Below, piece by piece: positions 58,560 through 64,000 of a stretch of DNA of 64,000 nucleotides. The notes below the pieces were generated by a model that saw only the letters and a list, made by a program, of their open reading frames with translations, was not told where the DNA came from and ran no database searches. Made by a program: the position numbers and the translations under genes. The stretch is taken from positions 1,664,001-1,728,000 of the forward strand of contig CAWETU010000001.1 of assembly GCA_963812135.1 (NCBI GenBank). Direction: 5' to 3'. Numbering within the stretch: the first letter of the stretch is position 1; each line of letters starts with the position of its first letter. The stretch comes from Vulcanimicrobiota bacterium. Lineage in GTDB: Bacteria > Vulcanimicrobiota > Vulcanimicrobiia > Eremiobacterales > Eremiobacteraceae.

Positions 58560-60586
58560 TTCGCGGTGAGCCGCACGCTGAACGTCGTACCAAGCACGGG
58601 ATAACCATAGACCTGCGGCACGCGCTGGTCGGTCAGGTTGTCCACCCGCAGCAACAGGTTGAGGTGCGGGCTAAGGTTGCGCGAGACATGCAGCCCGACT
58701 GTCGCGTATGGCGGCAACAGATGCAAGTTCTCCTCATCGGCGTACTGTCGTCCGACGAACAGCAAGTCAAATCCGTCCTCGCCGATCGCCTGCTCGTGCG
58801 GATCGTACCCAGCTCGGCGCCAGATCTCAAGCGTCGCGGTCGCCGTGGGCCGATAGAGCAGACGGTTTCCGGTCGTCACAACGCCATTGATGTCGGGCGC
58901 GGTGCTCAGATCTTCCGCGAGCGGGTAGTCCGTGTAGGATGCTTGGGCGCCGAGTCGCAGGTTCCACGCGTTGCTGACCTGCACGCTGAAGCCGCGCACG
59001 CGGGCGCGTCCGACGTTGAACGGTAAGAAGTCCCCGAGCATGTCGATCGCCTGATTGACGATGAGATTGTTCGTATCGCTGCCGAAAAACGTGGCCGACG
59101 CGTCGATGCCTTTGTTGTTCGTCACGACACCGGCGTCGAAGGTCGAAGCATATTCCGGCTGCAACTTCGGGTTGCCGAAACCCGGGAAGTAGAGTTCATC
59201 GAGATTCGGCGCGCGGAACGAACGCGCATAACTTGCCCGCACCAGTGTGCCGTACCACGTCTCCCTGCCGCCCACTTGCTGGCTCGCCGCAAAGCTCGGC
59301 AGCGTCGTGCTTGGCGTGCCTTGCGTGTGCGCGAACTGCACGGCTGCATCGAGACGCGGTCCCTTGTCACCGGCGCGATATTCGTCCCCGACGTAGAGGT
59401 TGGTCGTGGAATCTCGAGCGACAAGCTGCATGGGCACATCGATCGTGCCTTGGAAGAGCGCGACGGTGCCGTTCTGTTCGTATTTCGCGGTGAGCGTATT
59501 GGTCCGACCAAGCTGAACGAGCTGCTCGACCGAAAAGCCGCGCTGTGTCGCGAGCGTCAACGTATCGTACGGAAATGATGGAGTCGGGTCGTAGAAATGC
59601 AAGCGCCGGCCGTCCACGTAGACGATGGCGGTGGTTAGCGCATTCGCGGTGCTGTACCGAAGGTTGAGTGAATTGCGCTGCACGTCGCGCTGCTGGCGCG
59701 CGAACACGCTCACGAATGATGGGCCGAATTGCACGCTACCGGGTGCGCCGACCTCCGACGTGTTATCCTCCAGATGTAAGTCGGCGGCGAGACCGCGCCC
59801 GTTTCCAAAAAAGTGAAAGCACGCGCACAACGTGATGTCGGAGGCGTGCAAGTCGTTGTTCGTGCGCGTGCCGCCGGCGAGGCCGGCGAAGCTCGGGTAG
59901 TCAAACGTGTTGTTGGCGTAGCGCGTGAAGGCGTCGACCACGACGCCGCCGTTCGCGCCGCTGCTGCTGACCTGGGCTCCGCTCCCGAAATCCCCTTGAT
60001 AGCCGACTTGCGCGTACGCGGAATCGTGCGGAGGGGAGAACGGATGCTTGGTGGATATCTCCACGACGCCGCCGATGGCGCCAGATCCATATCGCGACGA
60101 CATGCCGCCTTCGATCACGACGATGTTCTGGACACCGTCGAGCGGCATCGATGTGAAATCAGTGACCCCGGTATCGCCTTCATTGACGGGCCGGCCGTCG
60201 AGCAAGATCAGCGTCTGCGATGCGCTGTTGCCGCGTAGCGCAACGGTCTGGAGCGCGCCAGCCGTGCCTGTTTGGCGAACGAGAACACCGGGAACGAAGC
60301 GCAGTGCATCGCCGATCGTTCGCGCGCCGAGACGCTGCAGCTCGATGACCGGCAAAGTGTATCCTTCGCGCGGGCCTGCATGGGCGACGACCTGGCCGAG
60401 GTAGTTACTGTACAGCGTGATCGTCCTGAGTTTTGGCGTCGGCGATGGGCTCGGAACAGCGGAGGGCGATGGAGATGGCGATGGCGAGAGTGTCGGCGCA
60501 GGCGCCGTGCTGTCGGCCTTGCTCTGCGCCGCCCCGAGAACGCACGCGAGCGCGATAGCAATGCACGTCGCAGCGCGCACGCTCAT
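58556..60586 (-). CDS. btuB: TonB-dependent outer-membrane receptor (BtuB-like)
   Basis: Signal peptide, plug motifs (DALRFVPGV, LRG...LILLDG, YGSGAIGGVV), FRAPNLDELY, NPKLQPE, NLTD..Y; start at ATG 60586. Confidence 0.85.
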   Translation of the reverse strand: MSVRAATCIAIALACVLGAAQSKADSTAPAPTLSPSPSPSPSAVPSPSPTPKLRTITLYSNYLGQVVAHAGPREGYTLPVIELQRLGARTIGDALRFVPGVLVRQTGTAGALQTVALRGNSASQTLILLDGRPVNEGDTGVTDFTSMPLDGVQNIVVIEGGMSSRYGSGAIGGVVEISTKHPFSPPHDSAYAQVGYQGDFGSGAQVSSSGANGGVVVDAFTRYANNTFDYPSFAGLAGGTRTNNDLHASDITLCACFHFFGNGRGLAADLHLEDNTSEVGAPGSVQFGPSFVSVFARQQRDVQRNSLNLRYSTANALTTAIVYVDGRRLHFYDPTPSFPYDTLTLATQRGFSVEQLVQLGRTNTLTAKYEQNGTVALFQGTIDVPMQLVARDSTTNLYVGDEYRAGDKGPRLDAAVQFAHTQGTPSTTLPSFAASQQVGGRETWYGTLVRASYARSFRAPNLDELYFPGFGNPKLQPEYASTFDAGVVTNNKGIDASATFFGSDTNNLIVNQAIDMLGDFLPFNVGRARVRGFSVQVSNAWNLRLGAQASYTDYPLAEDLSTAPDINGVVTTGNRLLYRPTATATLEIWRRAGYDPHEQAIGEDGFDLLFVGRQYADEENLHLLPPYATVGLHVSRNLSPHLNLLLRVDNLTDQRVPQVYGYPVLGTTFSVRLTAK

Positions 60587-60591
60587 TGAAT

Positions 60592-61326
60592 TCAGCGCGG
60601 GGTGCATACGATGTACCCCTCGGGATCTTCGTGCGTGGTGACGTCGACGCCGAACGCCCGAGTGAGCGTCGGCGCCCGAAAGACTTGCTCCGGCGCACCG
60701 CACTCGAGCACGCCGCCGGCGAGCAGCGCGACCGAATCGGCGAAGCGCGCCGCGAGCGTGAGATCGTGGATCGCAGCCAAAACCGCGACCCCCGATCGCG
60801 CGAGCGTCTTGAGCGTCCGCAGCACCTCGAGCTGATAGCGCAGATCGAGATGTGTCGTCGGCTCGTCGATGAGCAGCACGCGCGCTTGCGCGGCGAGCGC
60901 AGCGGCGATCCACGCGCGTTGCAACTCGCCAGCGCTCAACGTCGCTGCGGCGTCATTCGCGCGCTCGAGCAATCCCGTCCGTTCGAGCGCCGCATCAACG
61001 GCGTTATGCTCTGAAGGCGCACTACCCAACTGCCACCATGGCTTGCGCAAGGCGACCACGTATCCGGCTAGTTGCGCCGGCGTGACGTCGGGCGGCAATG
61101 CGAGCGAGGTCGCGACCAACGCGACGCGCTCCGGGCGCTCGATAGAACCTGCGCTCGTCTTCTGCGTCCCCGCGAGCAGGCGGAGCAAACTTGACTTGCC
61201 GGCGCCGTTCGGGCCGACGAGCGCCGTCATCTGACCGTCCGATAAGGCAATGTCGAGATCGGTGAACACCGACCGGGCGCCGTAGCGTACTGCCAGCCCG
61301 CGCCCGAGCAAAGCCGGCGCGTTCAT
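60592..61326 (-). CDS. btuD: Iron/cobalamin ABC transporter ATPase
   Basis: GPNGAGKSS, LSAGELQR, DEPTTHLD, HDL; start at ATG 61326. Confidence 0.85.
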   Translation of the reverse strand: MNAPALLGRGLAVRYGARSVFTDLDIALSDGQMTALVGPNGAGKSSLLRLLAGTQKTSAGSIERPERVALVATSLALPPDVTPAQLAGYVVALRKPWWQLGSAPSEHNAVDAALERTGLLERANDAAATLSAGELQRAWIAAALAAQARVLLIDEPTTHLDLRYQLEVLRTLKTLARSGVAVLAAIHDLTLAARFADSVALLAGGVLECGAPEQVFRAPTLTRAFGVDVTTHEDPEGYIVCTPR

Positions 61327-62345
61327 AGCTCCACCGGCCGGCGCGCTATCATAAGGAAGAACGGCACGCCGACCAGAGCTAGCAGGACCCCAAGCGGCAG
61401 CTCCGCCGGCGCGACAACCGTGCGCGCGAATGCGTCGGCGAGCATGACGACGGCGGCTCCGCCCGCAGCGCTTGCGGGCAGCAGCCAAACGACGTCGCCG
61501 CCCACTAGGCGGCGTGCCCCGTGCGGCACCATGAGGCCGACAAATCCGACGATGCCGGACACCGCGACGCACGCTGCCGCGACGAGCGCCGCCGCCGCGA
61601 GCACGGCGAAGCGCGTTCGTTCAACAGGCACACCTAATCCAGCGGCGGCTTCGGCGCCGAGTCGCAATACGTTGAGCGGTCGCAGCAAGAACACCGTCGC
61701 ACACAGGCCGAGCGATAGATACACGACGGTCCAGCCAAGATCGCTCCAACCTCTGCCGCCGATTCCGCCGGCGAGCCAGCCGAGAATCGTGAGACTGTCG
61801 GACGCGCCGCTGCGCAACAATAGGATGGTGATCGCGGCTGCGCATAACGATGAGATCGCGATCCCGAAAAGGACGAGCCGCAGATTGGCGCTCGGCCCGG
61901 AGCCCGCAGCCAGCAGCGTGACGAGCGCGGCGCACGCCAGACCGCCGGCGAACCCGAGCACCGGCACCACGGCGAACGACAAGCCGGCGGCGATGCTCGC
62001 GCTCGCAGCGAGCGCCGCACCTGCCGACACGCCGGTCACGTACGGATCGACCAGCGGATTCCGGAAGAGCGCTTGGAGCATCGCGCCCGCGACGCCGAGG
62101 CCTGCGCCCACGCACGCCGCGATCGCCAAACGGGGCAGCCTGATATCCCAGACGATGGTGTGCGCGAGACTGGGCGCTGCTGGGTGCGCGAGCGCCGACA
62201 GGATCGAGGATGGATCGATCGGCAGGCTGCCGACAGCGAGCGAAGCGGCCGCCGCGGAGAGCGCGACGCCGCAAAGCCCGAGCAGCCAAATAGGTTTGGA
62301 TGAAAAGGCGCGCGCGGCGCCGCTATGCGAGGAGACCACTGCCAT
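61323..62345 (-). CDS. btuC: FecCD/BtuC family permease
   Basis: RLPR, QALFRNPLVDP, GVSAGA, GFVGL.VPH, ELP.G. Confidence 0.88.
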   Translation of the reverse strand: MAVVSSHSGAARAFSSKPIWLLGLCGVALSAAAASLAVGSLPIDPSSILSALAHPAAPSLAHTIVWDIRLPRLAIAACVGAGLGVAGAMLQALFRNPLVDPYVTGVSAGAALAASASIAAGLSFAVVPVLGFAGGLACAALVTLLAAGSGPSANLRLVLFGIAISSLCAAAITILLLRSGASDSLTILGWLAGGIGGRGWSDLGWTVVYLSLGLCATVFLLRPLNVLRLGAEAAAGLGVPVERTRFAVLAAAALVAAACVAVSGIVGFVGLMVPHGARRLVGGDVVWLLPASAAGGAAVVMLADAFARTVVAPAELPLGVLLALVGVPFFLMIARRPVEL

Positions 62346-62399
62346 ACCCCTTTGACGCGAAGGGTTAGGGGCGCGATGTCGCCATCGCGCATGGGCGTC

Positions 62400-62545
62400 G
62401 GGGCAGGTCTCCTGACTTCCGGATCATCGCCTTGTGGTGCCGGCGCCTTCCCTTGCGGTGGCGCGATCGGCGGCTCCCCGGTTACAGTGGCGCGACCGTG
62501 CTGGATTTGCACCAGCTTCCCTGTCGCCCCGAGCCACGTGCGTCT
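62400..62545 (-). ncRNA. Cobalamin riboswitch
   Basis: Minus strand AGGGAAGCTGGTGCAAATCCAGCACGGTCGCGCCACTGTAA...GGGAAG...AGTCAGGAGACCTGCC (B12 box). Downstream ACCCTT can pair with the AAAGGGGT RBS. 5' boundary approximate. Confidence 0.93.
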
Positions 62546-62602
62546 TGATTTTCGCCCTCGCTCCAGGCTTCCTGTATAGCTCGTGGAGAAAAGCGCGCCG
62601 CC

Positions 62603-63460
62603 GTGCAATACTTCGAACCGAATTTTGTCGACGAGGCGTTGGTCTTATTGGACCGCTTCGCGCCCACAGCCCGCGTGCTTGCCGGCGGTACGCTGCTCGG
62701 CCCCGAGGTGCGTCGCGGCGACTCCGACACCTCGACGATCGTCAACATCAAGCGCATTCCTGAATTGAAAGATATCGGTCTGGACGGCGAGGTCTTGCGT
62801 GTCGGCGCCCTCGTCACCGCCGCCGAGCTAGCCGCCGATGACATGGTGCGCCGCTATGCTCCGCTCGTGGCGCTTGCGGCTGGCACGCTCGGTGCCCGCC
62901 AGTTGCGCAACGTCGCGACGATCGGCGGCAACCTGTGCTCGACGCATCCGGCTGCCGACATCGTCGTCGCGCTGCTTGCGAGCGACGCACGATGCGTGGT
63001 CGCTGACATCGTCGCCGGACCAACCAGCATCACCGTGGATGATTTCTTGGTACTAGCAGCGTCACGCGATCCGCGCACGTTGTTGACCGCGGTCGAGATC
63101 CCAACGATACCGGTGTCGGTCTCGTATCAAAAGATGCAAACCAGACGCGCCTTCGAGATGGCGTTGGTGGCGGCCGGCGTCGCGGTACAGATTGTGGAGG
63201 GCACGATTCGCAACGCGCGCGTGGCGCTGGGCGGCGTGGCGCCATCGGTCGTGCGGGCGCCAAACGCCGAGCTAGGATTGCTCGGCAAACGTGCCGATGA
63301 GGAGACCGCTCGCGTCGCGGCTCGTATCGCGGCCGCGCAAGACACGCGCGCCGAAGACAACCTGCATGCATCGGCCGAGTATCGGCGGCATCTCGTCGCG
63401 GTGCTGTGCGAGCGCGCGTTGCGCGACGCGTTCGCGCAGCCGCCCCGGGTCGCGAACTGA
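62603..63460 (+). CDS. Xanthine dehydrogenase/CoxM family FAD-binding subunit
   Basis: LAGGT, QLRNVATIGGNL, AD, ASAEYRRHL. Confidence 0.9.
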   Translation: MQYFEPNFVDEALVLLDRFAPTARVLAGGTLLGPEVRRGDSDTSTIVNIKRIPELKDIGLDGEVLRVGALVTAAELAADDMVRRYAPLVALAAGTLGARQLRNVATIGGNLCSTHPAADIVVALLASDARCVVADIVAGPTSITVDDFLVLAASRDPRTLLTAVEIPTIPVSVSYQKMQTRRAFEMALVAAGVAVQIVEGTIRNARVALGGVAPSVVRAPNAELGLLGKRADEETARVAARIAAAQDTRAEDNLHASAEYRRHLVAVLCERALRDAFAQPPRVAN

Positions 63461-63984
63461 TGCAACCGGTTACGCTCTTCGTCAACGGCACGGAGCACGA
63501 AGTCGTCGTCGAACCGCTGGAGACGCTGCTTTGCGTCTTGCGCGAGCGGCTCTCATTGACGGGCACGAAAGAGGGCTGCGGCACAGGCTACTGCGGCGCA
63601 TGCACCGTGCTCGTGGATGGCCTGGCCGTGAATGCATGTCTTTTTCCCGCGGTCGACGCCGACCGGCGAGAGGTCACGACTATCGAAGGACTAGCAGAGA
63701 ACGAAGGCTCGCTGCACCCGGTCCAAGCCGCGTTTGTCGAAAAATTCGGATTGCAATGCGGATACTGCACCCCGGGCATGATCATGGCCGCCGCATCACT
63801 GCTCGCCGAAGAACCGCAGCCAACCGCCGCGCAGACGCGAGCCGCGCTCGCCGGCAACCTTTGCCGCTGCACGGGTTATCAGACGATCGTGGCCGCCGTC
63901 GATGAAGCAGGGCGTCGCCTTCGCGCGCAAGGCCGTGCGAGCGAGCAGCCGGGCAAACGCGCACGTATCAGGGCGCGGGCATGA
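63460..63984 (+). CDS. Xanthine dehydrogenase/CoxS family 2x[2Fe-2S] subunit
   Basis: GCGTGYCGACTV, QCGYCTPG, NLCRCTGY; ATG overlaps the upstream TGA. Confidence 0.93.
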   Translation: MQPVTLFVNGTEHEVVVEPLETLLCVLRERLSLTGTKEGCGTGYCGACTVLVDGLAVNACLFPAVDADRREVTTIEGLAENEGSLHPVQAAFVEKFGLQCGYCTPGMIMAAASLLAEEPQPTAAQTRAALAGNLCRCTGYQTIVAAVDEAGRRLRAQGRASEQPGKRARIRARA

Positions 63985-64000
63985 ACAAGACGTCGATCGT
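63981..64000 (+). CDS. Probable start of the molybdopterin-binding large subunit (truncated)
   Basis: ATGA overlap with the CoxS-like stop, MNKTSI...; inferred from M-S-L gene order only. Confidence 0.45.

Noticed and set aside
60430..60500. GGCGAT/GGAGAT short tandem repeat as a contingency locus
   Set aside because: Encodes an in-frame Pro-Ser linker after the BtuB signal peptide; imperfect 6-nt units would not shift frame.
62603..64000. Aerobic CO dehydrogenase (coxMSL)
   Set aside because: The diagnostic large-subunit active-site motif is outside the window, so only a family-level call is supportable.

Overview
High-GC bacterial chromosomal core region with no tRNA/rRNA genes, CRISPR array, prophage or transposase visible. 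Left to right: a translationally coupled dnaE-HAD-ftsQ-ftsA string (minus strand); an OFA-family MFS transporter, pckA and a MobB-like NTPase (plus); a complete trpEGDCFBA operon with an unannotated 4xTrp leader-peptide attenuator; two accessory genes; one continuous str-S10-spc-alpha ribosomal superoperon lacking rpmD; a HAD/GT4/GH5 islet; rpoBC; an MsbA-like ABC exporter; a minus-strand string ending in a strongly atypical photolyase/cryptochrome-family gene; a cobalamin-riboswitch-controlled btuCDBF operon; and the start of a xanthine dehydrogenase/CoxMSL-family operon. Terrabacteria-type RNA polymerase and r-proteins together with diderm markers (TonB receptor, MsbA-like exporter) suggest Ca. 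Eremiobacterota/Vulcanimicrobiota or a relative (inference, not tested). The most notable signals are: a phased DnaA-box array in front of ftsA and a LexA box in front of dnaE (a possible replication-division coupling locus); a photolyase homologue that has lost the FAD Arg-Asp salt bridge and CPD-pocket residues and has Cys opposite flavin N5; a candidate riboswitch upstream of the OFA transporter; a recurring SigH-like promoter motif; and a GTAG REP element embedded in coding sequence. All alignments and folds were done by eye.
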